The translations under genes were made by a program, and so were the position numbers. Below the pieces are notes generated by a model that ran no database searches, was not told where the DNA came from, and saw nothing but the letters and a program-made list of their open reading frames with translations. Below are positions 13,512-26,230 of a stretch of 64,000 nt of DNA, in pieces. Origin of the DNA: Isurus oxyrinchus (Eukaryota); the NCBI GenBank assembly GCA_026770705.1, contig JANJGN010000036.1:3286001-3350000 (forward strand). The letters run 5' to 3'. The number at the start of each line of letters is the position of its first letter. The first letter of the stretch is position 1.

Positions 13512-16500
13512 CTTTTCTTCTCCGCTGATGATGCCAGACCTGCTGAGTTTTTCCAGGTAATTCTGTTTTTGTCCCACAAAGACGATCCTGGAGTTTAGAA
13601 CAAGCCTTTACCCGGGATCAGGGCCTTTTCATTTGAATGACAGTCAATGAACTGGTTTATCTTTAACATCGTGTGGTCCCTGTTGGAGTCCAGGAAAAGC
13701 TGCAGGCCATTTCTGCACAGGGGGATCCCACAGGCAGCAATGTGATGATATCTGGATGGGGACAGGGAGACAGATTCCTTCCCCATCCTCATGCCTGCTG
13801 TAATCCTCCCTCTCCCTCTACCCCGGGCACCATGTGTGGTCTGAGTCTGGACATATCCCCAGGAAGGCCTAAACTCCCTCTTTAAACTTGGAACAAGCTG
13901 CTGCTTCCTTGTTGAGACTTTTTGAAATCTCCATCCCAACTTCAATTTTTACAAACCAGGTGTCCCCAGGAGGGTGTGACTGAGGCTTTTCTGCAGGGAC
14001 TGGGAGCTGGGCACTGACTCCACATTGGAGACCCCCCCCTCCCCATATCCTATGTCTCGTCCTCACCCCTAACACCCTGCCTCTGGTTCACTGTCTTTTC
14101 CTGTTTCCCTCACTCTCCCCTCTCTCTCTCTCTCTGTTGTAACGTCGGTACATATCATAGAGAGACAGACTGAATCCAAATGACTGCTCCAGCTTCCAAT
14201 TCATCGCCCTGCCTAAATCACCAGCATTATTCAGGAATTATCACAATCTTTTACACACTTTCACAGTTTGGAATTGGTAAAGGACTCCTGATGGACTGAA
14301 AATCAGTCCAATCAGCACATTTTAAAAACTTAACTCATTGTGGCACAGTATGAAACACTGCAGGCATATTGTGCAGAGCAAGATCCCACAGGGGGCAGTC
14401 AGTTTTGGTTAGCACTTCTTAAATTGGGCAAATATTTACACACAGAGAGAGGGAGCAATTTGGAGAGAGACTTAGACAGTGCAGACCTCCCCCTTCAGAA
14501 GCTCACAAAGACTGAGTGCTTTACAGTGAAGGAATTAATTTTAAAAATACACTCATTGTTAGTGAGTCACTTGCGTCACCGCCCCTGGCTTCATTTTTGC
14601 AATTCAGCTTTTCTAGAAGGAGGTGACTGGGAGCTGGGCAGAGTCTACACATTGGAGACCCCCAGACCCTGTGTCCATTCACCCCCGTCTTGTTTTGCTA
14701 TCTCTGCCCCTCTGTTTCCCCTCACTCACTCCCCCTTTGTTTCTCTCTCTCTCTTCACCCATTTCTCTTATTCAGGGAGAAAGATGGAGAGACGAGGGAG
14801 AGATAAGAGGCTGAGAATTTTACAATCAGATCAGTGAAGTGAATTAAATTGGCTATTGAGCCTTTACCTTTCACTGTTACATTAATTGCTCTCAGGAACG
14901 CGCCCTGTGTTCTTGGTGAATTAGACCCGGGTACAAGTTCTGGCTTTTTTAATCCCACACCCCTGTGAGTGCAGGATAGAAATGCACTCTGGAAAGTTCC
15001 TGTTTTACTATCTCAAACAAAAATGCACACCACACTGGCCATGTTTTATATTGACAATTCCACAATCTGATCCCCCCCCCTCCCCCAGTCAATGAAATAG
15101 TTATTAGAGTTGCAATTAAGGCATTTCTGCACAGCAGGATCCCATAAGCGGTCCCACAATGAAGGAGTACACCCCCCTGATCCTGTGTCTCCTTCCCCTG
15201 CCCCTGAGCCCCCAACTCCCCCACCCCCTCTCTGTCGAATTCTCCCTCATTCTGTTCCTCTTTCTCTCTCTGCCCCCACCTCTCCCTCCACACCCTCCTC
15301 CTTCCCCTCATTCTTTCATTTTTAAAGTGTGGTCACTCTTGTGGTCAGGGTGGGGGGGGTGGGGCGCAGACCATGTACACAGCAAGATCCCACTCCCCAC
15401 CTGCTTGTGCCCAGTTAAAAATGTTTTAGCTGAGAATTGGGGTAAAGTGAGTGGGGAATGGGCCTCACCCCCTCTCTGACCCCCAACACCCCCCCCCCCA
15501 ATTAAAATAACTACAAATCACATTGGTGTTTTTATACATTTTATTGAAATATGAAATATGGACAGAATTGGCTGTAGAGGGAGAGAGAAAGATGGAGAGA
15601 CAGAGACTGAGGGCTGCTCTCCCCTCACACTCACCACCAGCACCCCCTGATCTATATTAAACTGAATTCAAATGGCTGCTGCCCCTTCCATTTAACCCAG
15701 GAAATCCCTTGGCCCGGCCTGTCTTACACACACGAACATGACTCTGGGGATGAGAAGAAACCTTCACAAAGGCTCCGGATTCTCATTTCATATCCCCTCT
15801 CTCTCTTGCCAACTGCTTCACCCTCCATGAAGCCATTTTTATCAAGTGTGGTCATTGTTGCAGTTCAGGAAAGGCTGACGGCCTCTGTGGTTTTATTTAC
15901 ACAGCAGGATCCCATGACATTCCCTATCTCCACACCTGCAGTGAAAGCCTCTCTCTCCCCCCCTTCCCTGTGTGGATTCGCCAGTTTGGAGCCATCCCCT
16001 CAGTCCCCCACACCCCCACCACAACCCCCTGAAAGGGCTGAAACTCAAACTGGGAAGCAGCTGGATTCTCTCAGGAGACATTTTTAAAATCACTCCCTCA
16101 GGATTTTAGTTGGTGTAAAATCCCACTTTCTGGAAGGCCCTGACTGGGAGCTGGGCAGTGACTGCAAACAAGGAGCCCTCTCACCCCCAGGACCCTGTGT
16201 CTTTTAACCCCCCCAACCCAACTCCGCTCTGTTTTGTTATCTCACCCCCTCTTTCCCCTGACCTCTCCTTTCTCTCTCTCATGTGGGAAAAGGCCACAGG
16301 CCACTGTGGGCACAGCAAGATCAGCTGGATGGAGAGAGAGAGAAATCCACAAACAGAAGCAGCAAAAACTGTGTTAAAATGGTTCCCTCTGTCCTCATCT
16401 GTCTCCAGAAGGTGCTTAACTCCCTGTCTTATTTTGGAATTATAACAAGCTTTTAAACAGCTTCAGGTTTCAGATTTTTAATCTCTTTCTCACACACCAA

Positions 16501-18664
16501 AGGTTTAATGTGTTTGTGATTAATTGCAAGGCCGTGCTATTTTAAAGAGCCCAGGATTCCATCCCCATCCTTCACAGTTACACTATCTCTCAGCAACATC
16601 CTAATACAAAAATATCCCAGTTATAAACCAGAGGCTAAAACAGATTGAGAGACCGGTCGGTCCCTCCCCTATGTTTCTCTTTGTATCTCTCTCTCCTTAA
16701 CTCACTCACATCCCAGTCCCCCTCACACTGTCTCTCTCTCTCTGTCTCAGAGATAAAAATTAAAACTTGATCGGGATAATAAACAGACACAACTCACGTG
16801 GGCGAAGCCTGTGGACCAGGCCTCAGTCTATCCCCCTCTGGAAGATGCTCCTTGTCCTTGTCTCAAACTTTCCCTCTTTGTATCCTCACCTTCCAGGTTT
16901 CAGATTACAAATTTCTCAGTAGAAAAAGAGATAAAATTTGTTAAAAAGACAAAAACAAGGACATTTTTTCAAAACAATATAGCACAGCCAGAGTTTCCAT
17001 TCTCAAGTCAATCTCTCAGCAACTTCCCAACACAAACAAATCACAGTTTGAAAGCGGAATGAGACACATAGAAACACACACAGACATTGAACCAGAGTGG
17101 GGAGGGTGTTCATTCTCTCCAGAGAGAGAGTGTACAGGGAGTTTGTTGGATTGGGACTGGTTTGGGAATATCTTGATCCACATTGATCCTGAGTGAGCTC
17201 TATACAGACTCCACCCCCTTATTCTCGGATATGTTTGGAATGTCTCAGTCTCGTCCATTGAATGTTAATCCCAGGACAGACATGGTTTCAACAAGGGTCT
17301 GTCTTTATTTTTGGGTTAATTTTAAATCTATATTTCTTTCCCCTATTGGTTGTGTTACTCCAGTTCCAAACCCTGATCCCACACAAAGCCCTAAAACACT
17401 GGCAGTAACACTCGCTCCCCCACGACACACAGGAAGTAGACAGAGAATGGGGCTTTTTACTGAGGTTGTGTCTGTGGATGTTTTACTGACCTCACTGTGG
17501 ATTGTACAGTTTGTGAGTTTGTCCCTCTGTGTGTGTCCCTCTGTGTCTGTGTGTGTGTGTGTGAATCTGTGAGTAGTGTGTGTGTCTCTGTGAGAGTGTG
17601 TGTGTGCATGTCTTGTCTGTCTGTGTGCATCTGTGTGTCTGTGTACGTGTGTCTGTGCACATCTGTCTTCTAGAGTATCTCCCTGTCTCCTGACACTTCC
17701 TGCGCTGCCTGGTGAAGACATGTAAAGAACTCGAGTTAGACACAACCTCATTCCCCTGCCCTACATTTTAAGAGTAATTACTCCCTTTCTTACCACCCAT
17801 TACCCACTTTCTTCTCACCCAGATGAAAGATCATCCTCACTGTGAGGGGTAATAGATTATCTCATCTCATTTCTTACTCATCTCTCTCTCTCCCTCTCAC
17901 CCCAACTCTTTCTCCCTCTCACCCAACCCAAACTCTCTCTCTCTCACCCAAACTCTCTCTCCCTCTCACCCCAACCCTCTCTCCCTCTCACCCAACCCTC
18001 TCCCCCTCTCACACCAAATCTCTCTCTCCTTCTCACCCCAACACTCTCTCCCTCTCATCCCCATGCTCTCTATCTCTCCCCACTCCCTCTCTTTCATCCT
18101 ATCACTCTCTTTCCCTCCCACCCCATCTCTCTTTCCCTCTCACCCCATCTCTCTTTCCCTCTCACACCATCCCCCGCTCCCTGACACACCATCTCTCTGT
18201 CTCGCCACATCTCCCTCTCGCCTCACCTCATCTACCTCTCGCTCCCACACACACATCCTCTCTCTCTTTCTCTCTCACTCTCTCACTCACACACACACAC
18301 ATTCTCTCTCACACACAAACACACACACACAGATATATTCTCATACACAGACACATGAACACACATACACATACACACAGTCACACACACAGATATTTCT
18401 CACTTTCACATACACAAACGTATACACATTCTCTCTCTCCTTACACACTCACACACACACATTCTCTCTCTCGCTCACACACGCATACACGTTCTCTCTC
18501 CCGCTCTCTCTCTCACGGCACACACACACACATGCATACACACTTTCACACAGACATGTCTTCTGATACACAAACTCGCACACTCTCCCTCTCTCAAGTT
18601 CACTCCTGCAATCTCTCACACACAGTCTCTCACACAATCTCTCTCATGCTGTCACTCAGACACA

Positions 18665-20165
18665 AGCCCTCTCAAACGCAATCCCTCTCACATGCAATCC
18701 TTCTCACACACAATGCCCCTCAAACTTAATCCTTTTCACATGCAATGCCCTCACAAGCAATCCCCCTCACACACAATCCCTCTCACACACAATCCCTCTC
18801 ACACACAATCCCTCTCACACAGAATCCCCCTCAAACTTAATCCCCCTCAAACATAATCCCCCTCAGACACAATCCCTCTCACACAGAATCCCCCTCACAC
18901 ACAATCCCCCTCACACACAATCCCTCTTACACATAATCCATCTCACACACAATCCCCCTCACACACAATCCCCCTCACACACAATCCCTCTTACACATAA
19001 TCCATCTCACACACAATCCCCCTCATACACAATCCCCCTCACACACAATCCCTCTCACACACAATCCCTCTCACACACAATCCCTCTCACACAGAATCCC
19101 CCTCAAACTTAATCCCCCTCAAACATAATCCCCCTCAGACACAATCCCTCTCACACACAATCCCCCTCACACACAATCCCTCTTACACATAATCCATCTC
19201 ACACACAATCCCCCTCATACACAATCCCCCTCACACACAATCCCTCTCACACACAATCCCCCTCACACACAATCCCCCTCATACACAATCCCCCTCACAC
19301 ACAATCCCTCTCACACACAATCCCTCTCACACACAATCCCTCTCACACAGAATCCCCCTCAAACTTAATCCCCCTCAAACATAATCCCCCTCAGACACAA
19401 TCCCTCTCACACACAATCCCCCTCACACACAATCCCTCTTACACATAATCCATCTCACACACAATCCCCCTCATACACAATCCCCCTCACACACAATCCC
19501 TCTCACACACAATCCCTCTCACACACAATCCCCCTCACACACTATCCCTCTCACACACAAGCCCTCTCACACACAATCCCTCTCACACACAATCCCCCTC
19601 ACACACAATCCCTATCACACACAATCCCTCTCACACACAATCCCTCTTACACATAATCCCTCTCACACACAATCCCCCTCACACACAATCCCTATCACAC
19701 ACAATCCCTCTCACACACAATCCCTCTTACACATAATCCCTCTCACACACAATCCCCCTCACACACAACCCCTATCACACACAATCCCTCTCACACACAA
19801 TACCCGTCGCACACAATCCCTCTCACACACAATCCCTCTCACGCACAATCCCTCTCACACACAATCCCTCTCTCACACAATCCCTCTCACACACAATCCC
19901 TCTCACACATAATCCCTCTCACACACAATCCCTCTCACACACAATCCCTCTCACACATAATCCCTCTCACACACAATACCCCTCGCACACAATCCCTCTC
20001 ACACACAATCCCTCTCACACACAATCCCCCTCACACACAATCCCTATCACACACAATCCCTCTCACACACAATCTCTCTCACACATAATCCCCCGACACA
20101 CAATCCCTCTCACACATAATCTCTCTCACACACAATCGCCCTCACCACAATCCCTCTCACACACG
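18665..20165 (+). repeat. 16-bp minisatellite (ACACACAATCCCTCTC)n
   Basis: About 90 tandem copies with diagnostic variant units. Confidence 0.95.
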
Positions 20166-21049
20166 CTCTCACACATTTTCTCTCTCTCTCACACAGACTC
20201 TCTCTTCCCCCATGGTCTCTCTCCCAACACACCCCCACACTCCACCCCTCCCCCCCCCCCTCCATCTACCCCTACGGTCTCTCCATTTTTGGATGAGAGA
20301 GAGATGGTGACAGAGTCTGGAGATCCCTTCTCACCCCATTTCTCAGCCTCTTTCTCCTGCACCCCTTCTTTCTCTCACTGTCTGTCCCACTCTCTCTCTC
20401 TCTTGCACCATCTCTCCCTTGCCCTGGCTCCTTGACGCTTTCTGTCCCTCTCTCTCACTCCATCTCTCTCTCCTCAGTCCTCGGTCACTATCGCTCCCTC
20501 TCTCTCTTCCCCATCTCTCTGTCACTCCTTGTCCTTTTCTCTCTTACACCGTGTCTCTCTCTCTTGCACTGTCGCACTATTAGTCTCTCCCTACTCCGAA
20601 TCTCTCTCTCTCTCCGCCCCTCTCTCTCTCACCCAGTCTCTCTCTCTCTCTCTCTCTCTCTCCCTTTCTCTTTCTCTGTCTCTCGCCTTCACCCTCTTGC
20701 TCTGTCCAGATCTATCTCTCTCTCTCTCCCTGTCTCTCTGTTTGACTCTATCTTTCTCTCTCTCATCCTGTCTTGCTCCCTCTGTCTCTGTCCCTCTCTC
20801 TTGCCCAGTATTTTTTGATCACAAATTGGATGTGAAGCTGAGGGGAAAATATGTGCAGAGTTACGGGGAAAGGGTGGACAAGTGAGGACAGCAAAACTGC
20901 TCTTGCAGAGAGTCGACAGTAGCTCGATGGGCTGAATGGCCTCCTCCTGTGCTGTAACCGTTTTGTGATACACACAAAGATTATGTTTTCGTTCTCAAAT
21001 AAGCTTTACTCCTTCCTCCATTGGAGGTTCCAGCACTTACACGTCACAT

Positions 21050-21725
21050 GTGGGGAAGGGATCTCCCTCTACTTTTAAGGATGGAGCAGGGATCTCCCTC
21101 TATTTTAAAGATGGAGAAGGGATCTCCCTCCATTTTAAAGAGGGATAAGGGATTTCCCTCCATTATAAAGACGGAGAAGGAACCTCCCTCCATTTTAGAG
21201 ATGGAGAAGGGATCGCCCTTCATTTTAAAGGTGGAAAGCGATCTACCTTCATTCTAAATATGGAGAAGGAATCCCCCCCATTTTAAAGGGGGATGAGGGA
21301 TCCCCTCAATTTTATAGAGGATGAAAGGGTCTCACTTCATTTTAAAGATGGAGAAGGGATCTCCCTCCATTTTTAGGATGGAGGAGGGATCTCCCTCCAT
21401 TTTTAGGATGGAGGAGGGATCTCCCTCCATTTTTAGGATGGAGGAGGGATCTCCCTCCATTTTAAAGATAGAGAAGGGATTTTCCTCGAGCTCAAAGATG
21501 GAGAAGTGGTCTCCCTCTATTTTACAGAGGGGGAAGGGACCTCCCTCCATTTCAAAAATGGAGAAAGGATTTCTCTCCATTTTTAAGATGGAAAATGGAT
21601 CTCCCTTCATTTTAAAGAGACAGAAGTGATTCCCCCTTCATTTTAAAGAGGGAGAAGGGATTTCCCCTACATTTTCAAGAGGGTGAAGGGATCTCCCTCC
21701 ATCTTAAAGATGGGAATTGATCTCC
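21050..21725. repeat. 30-bp quasi-palindromic minisatellite, array 1
   Basis: About 22 copies of GAGAAGGGATCTCCCTCCATTTTAAAGATG. Confidence 0.95.
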
Positions 21726-23489
21726 TTCCATTTCCTATATTGCTCTGCTTCCCTATCTCATTCTCCCTCTCTCCCTGTTTTCTTTGCACACACACAGTCA
21801 CAATCACACAGATGCATTCTCACACACACACATTCTCTCTCTTACAGACACCAATTCCCTCTTTCTCTCTCTTTCCAACACACACACCAACACCTTCACC
21901 CAGACAAACAGTCACACACATATACATACACTCTCTCTCACTCACACTCACGCACCCGCTCAGATACATTCTTCCTTACATGCACACAGATTCTCTTACA
22001 GACACCAATTCTCTCTTTCTNNNNNNNNNNNNNNNNNNNNNNNNNNNNNNNNNNNNNNNNNNNNNNNNNNNNNNNNNNNNNNNNNNNNNNNNNNNNNNNN
22101 NNNNNNNNNNNNNNNNNNNNNNNNNNNNNNNNNNNNNNNNNNNNNNNNNNNNNNNNNNNNNNNNNNNNNNNNNNNNNNNNNNNNNNNNNNNNNNNNNNNN
22201 NNNNNNNNNNNNNNNNNAAACACCTTCACACATGCACACAGTCTCACACACACATTCTCTCTCTCACACACACACATTCTCTCTCTCTCTCATTCACGCA
22301 CACACACATATGCACACTCTCTCTCCATCTCTCTCACACACACTCTCACACACATGAACACCTTCACACACGCAAACATTCTCACACACACACATACACA
22401 AATATTATCTCTTTCTCTCTTACACAAACATTCTCCTTTCTCTCACACACACAGTCACACTCACACAAATATATTTTCTCTCTCTCACACACAAACACAA
22501 ACAAAGGTGAGATGGCAGCTAACCATTGAATTGAAGGTGTGAGTCTTGTTCACAATGTGTTCAAATCTGGAAAACAGGGCTGACCCTGAAAGCACAAATG
22601 TATCAATAGCCGCATTGGGCTGCTGTGAATTAAAATACTGTTTTCTCTAAGAATGAATATATTATAAAAGAAATTGTCCTGGATGGAGTGATTCACTACC
22701 GTCTGCCACTGCATGAAGCATTTGGCCATTTTAAGTTGGTTCGTGGTGGCAATTTTTACACCAAGTTCCAGTTTCATCACAGCAAGACTTCCTTAATATT
22801 GTAGACCAATTGATGGGACAGTGTAGAGGGAGCTTGACCCTCTGTATAACCCTGTGTTGTTCTTCTACATTATCAATATTATAACATCTTCTTGTAACAT
22901 TAGGTTTCCCTGAGTACTGGAGTGTAACATTTGCAGCAGGCCAAAGTATATTATTCCTGGTGTTTGTATTGTCTGAATCCAGCTGTCAATTCTCTCCTAA
23001 TATTACTAATTTTTCACTGACAGGCAGGGGAATAGAGTTCAGCCTCTCAGTGATTTTCCAGATTTAACAATTAAAGGTTGCAAATGGGTTTTTTATGGGG
23101 GAATGTTGCAGTGATGAGGGTGGGGACCTCCAAAATTTAGAGCCCCTTTGATGTCAAGGAGCGTGGAACACAGGAGAAGGCAAAATAGGGAAGCTTATAT
23201 CAGATACTGAGAGCTCAAACACACNNNNNNNNNNNNNNNNNNNNNNNNNNNNNNNNNNNNNNNNNNNNNNNNNNNNNNNNNNNNNNNNNNNNNNNNNNNN
23301 NNNNNNNNNNNNNNNNNNNNNNNNNNNNNNNNNNNNNNNNNNNNNNNNNNNNNNNNNNNNNNNNNNNNNNNNNNNNNNNNNNNNNNNNNNNNNNNNNNNT
23401 GCAGCCAACCATCAGGAAGGCACATGGACTGAGTGACTTTATTGTTAAAGAATTGGCACACATGAGCAAGGAAAAGTTTGATGTGGACT

Positions 23490-24050
23490 ATTTATAGGGA
23501 GCTTTATTCTGCAGGTACCCCATTCTCTACATGCCCTGGGAATGTTTGATGGGGACAGTTTAGAGGGAGCTTTACTCTGCATCTAAACCCATTCTGTACC
23601 CGTCCTTGGAGTGATTGATGGGGACAGTGCAGAGGGAGCTTGACTCTATATCTAACCCCATGCTGTACCTCTCCTGGGAGTGTTTGATGGGGACAGTATA
23701 GAGGGACTTTACTCTGTATCTAACCCCGTGCTGCACCTATCCTGGGATTGTTAGATTGGGACAGTGTAAAGGGAGCTTTCCTCTATATCTAACCAATTGC
23801 TGTACTTGTCCTGGGAATGTTTGATGGAGACAGTATAGAGGGACTTTACTCTGTCTCTAACCCCATGCTGTACCTGTCCTGGGAGTGTTTGATGGGGACA
23901 GAGTAGAGGGTGCTTTACTTTGTATCTAACCCCATACTCTACCAGTCCTGGCAGTGTTTGATGGGGACAGTGAAGAAGGAGCTTTAGTCTGTATATAACC
24001 CCATGCTGTACCAGTCCTGGGAGTGTTTGATTGGGACAGTGGAGAGGGAA
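23490..24050 (+). repeat. Tandem array of the ~68-bp unit
   Basis: About 8 copies of GGGAGTGTTTGATGGGGACAGTGTAGAGGGAGCTTTACTCTGTATCTAACCCCATGCTGTACC. Further arrays at about 24980-25330 and 27505-28030. Confidence 0.9.
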
Positions 24051-24114
24051 AAACTCCTACACGCAAAGGGTTGTGGAAGTTTGGAAAAGTCCTAACCAAT
24101 TATAATTGATGCTC

Positions 24115-24510
24115 AGCTTAGAAGAATGAGGGGGAATCTGATTGAAACTTACAGAATACTGAGAGGCCTGGATAAAGTGGACGTGGGGAAGATGTTTCCA
24201 TTAGTGGGAGAGAATAGGACTCAAGGGCACAACCTCAGAGTAAAGGAAAGACCTTTTAGAACAGAGATGAGGAGAAACTTCTTTAGCCAGAGAGTGGTGA
24301 ATCTATGGAATTCATTGTCACACAAGGCTGTGGAGGCCAGGTCATTGAATGTATTTAAGACCAAGATCGATAGGTTCTGGATTGGTGAGGGGATCACAGG
24401 TTACGGGGAGAAGGCGGGAGAATGGGGTTGAGAAAATTATCAGCCGTGATTGAATGGCAGAGCAGTCTCGATGGGCCAAATGGCCTAATTTCTGCTCCTA
24501 TGTCTTATGG
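24115..24510 (+). mobile_element. CR1-type LINE 3' fragment
   Basis: RGNLIETYRILRGLDKVD...MRRNFFSQRVVNLWNSL followed by the typical 3' UTR. Confidence 0.92.
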
Positions 24511-25339
24511 CTTATAAGTCATTTTTTAATTTTCATATCTACAATAAACCTGATCTGATGCCTTTCATAAATCCAAATATTCCTCTATTCCTCTCTGTCC
24601 CTTGCTCAGTTTGTGTATGTGTGCATGTGTGTATTTTTGTGTGTATGTGTGTGTTTGTGTGTGTGTGCCTCTTTCTGTGTGTCTGTGAGCATGTGTCTGT
24701 GCACCTCTTTCTGTGTGTATCTGTTTCNNNNNNNNNNNNNNNNNNNNNNNNNNNNNNNNNNNNNNNNNNNNNNNNNNNNNNNNNNNNNNNNNNNNNNNNN
24801 NNNNNNNNNNNNNNNNNNNNNNNNNNNNNNNNNNNNNNNNNNNNNNNNNNNNNNNNNNNNNNNCCTTTTGCTCTCTCCAACACACTGGAAGCCTTCACAT
24901 ACATCATTTGGCCATTTTAAGTTGATTCATGGTGGTCATTTTCACACTGAAATTCTGTTTTTTCACAGCAAATCTTCCTTAATATTATACACAAATTGAT
25001 GGAACATTGTAAAGGGAGCCTGCCCCTCTGTATAACCCTGTAGTGTACCTGTTTTGCAGGTGTCTGTTGGAAAGTGAAGACGAAGGTTTACTCTGTTTAT
25101 TACATGTGCTGCATCTATCGTGAGTGTGTCTGATGGGGACAGTGCAGAGAGAGATTTACTCTGTCTCTAACCCTGAGCGGTATCTGCCCTGGGAATGTTT
25201 GATGGGTCAGTATTGAGGGAGCTTTATCTGTGTCTAAACCCGTGGTGTGCCTTTCCTGGGAGTGTTTGAAGGGACAGTGTAGAGAGAGATTTTCTCTATT
25301 ATTAACCCTGTGCTGCACCATCTCTGGGGGTATTTGTTG

Positions 25340-25935
25340 GCAACATTCTCACCCAACACGAAAGCATTCCACCAAGCAGGGCTCACAAAGTGAAAATGAG
25401 TTTCCTTGTTTGATTCTCCTGGGTCTGTTCTGATTCTCTGATAGATACCTGGTGCTTATCCTCCACATGAGCAGTTGTCCTAATCCCGTGTACCTGTCCT
25501 GCTCCCAAACACGGCATCCGACTCCAATAATGCAAGTGATACAGGAGCGTCTCAGTGAGTAAGACAGGTTAGTCTTGAGCCTGACCTGGTTGTATGTGAG
25601 TGACTCGGGTTAATCCGACACTCCAGGGACAGTTTAGACAGTTTGAGTGCTACACAACTTTGCCAGAATGAGACCTGGATTCCAAGGGTTAAATGACAAA
25701 GTGAGATTGCACATACTCGGGTTGTATTCCCTGAAATTTAGCAGCATCAGGGGTGATTTGATCAAGCTGTCACAGTATGAGCCCTTTTCCTGTGTAACAA
25801 CCTTTCGTCAGACACCTTATGGATTCATTCTTGAAAATCCAAGTATCCTTCCATCACCAGCTCTCTGTCTCTCGCTCACCGTCTTGAACTGTATCTCTCT
25901 CATCATCTCTCTGTCTGATGTTTAAAATTTTAAAC
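25340..25935 (+). repeat. Segmental duplication, copy 1 (copy 2 at about 28070-28670; partial copy 3 at about 52600-52880)
   Basis: Collinear, highly similar ~600 bp offset by about 2.74 kb. Confidence 0.92.
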
Positions 25936-26019
25936 CTCTTCACAGCTGCATTCACACAATACAGACAGCAATGTGTGTTAGATTTTGGAAATGCTGCAAA
26001 TGTTGTCAAACTCAGCACG

Positions 26020-26230
26020 CAGGGAAACATCTTAAATATGGAGAAGGGATCTCCCTCCATTTTAAATATGGAGAAGGGATCTTCCTCAATTTTAACGATG
26101 GAGAAGGGATCTCCCTCCATCTTAAAGATGGAGAAGGAATCTCCCTCCATTTTAAAGATGGAGAAGAGATCTCCCTCCATTTTAAACTTGGATAAGTGAT
26201 CTCCCTCCATTTTAAGTTTGAAAAGGGATT
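26020..26230. repeat. 30-bp quasi-palindromic minisatellite, array 2
   Basis: About 7 copies of the same unit. Confidence 0.93.

Larger units (their letters stand above)
12720..13571 (-). mobile_element. Penelope-like retroelement with inverted pLTR
   Basis: GIY-YIG ORF 13021-13428; about 150 bp of terminal sequence (12755-12905) recurs inverted at 13420-13571. TSD TCCCACAAAGAC at 12708-12719 and 13572-13583. Confidence 0.93.

Noticed and set aside
16790-16900. Minus-strand exon ending at a GTGAGT donor (about 16797)
   Set aside because: Good donor, but no convincing acceptor, frame or recognisable product.
17842-18729. Long ORFs (295 aa and similar) rich in S/L/H/T
   Set aside because: Translations of (CT)n/(CA)n microsatellite; several also run through N gaps.
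21321-21629. Repetitive ORFs MEKGSPSILK / MEGDPFSIFK as a repeat protein (also at 25854-26296, 46438-46902, 49861-50292)
   Set aside because: By-product of a 30-bp near-palindromic satellite; open on both strands, broken by indels, no splice context.
23490-24050. CRISPR-like appearance of regularly spaced repeats (also the 30-bp arrays)
   Set aside because: Contiguous tandem units without unique spacers, no cas genes, vertebrate DNA.
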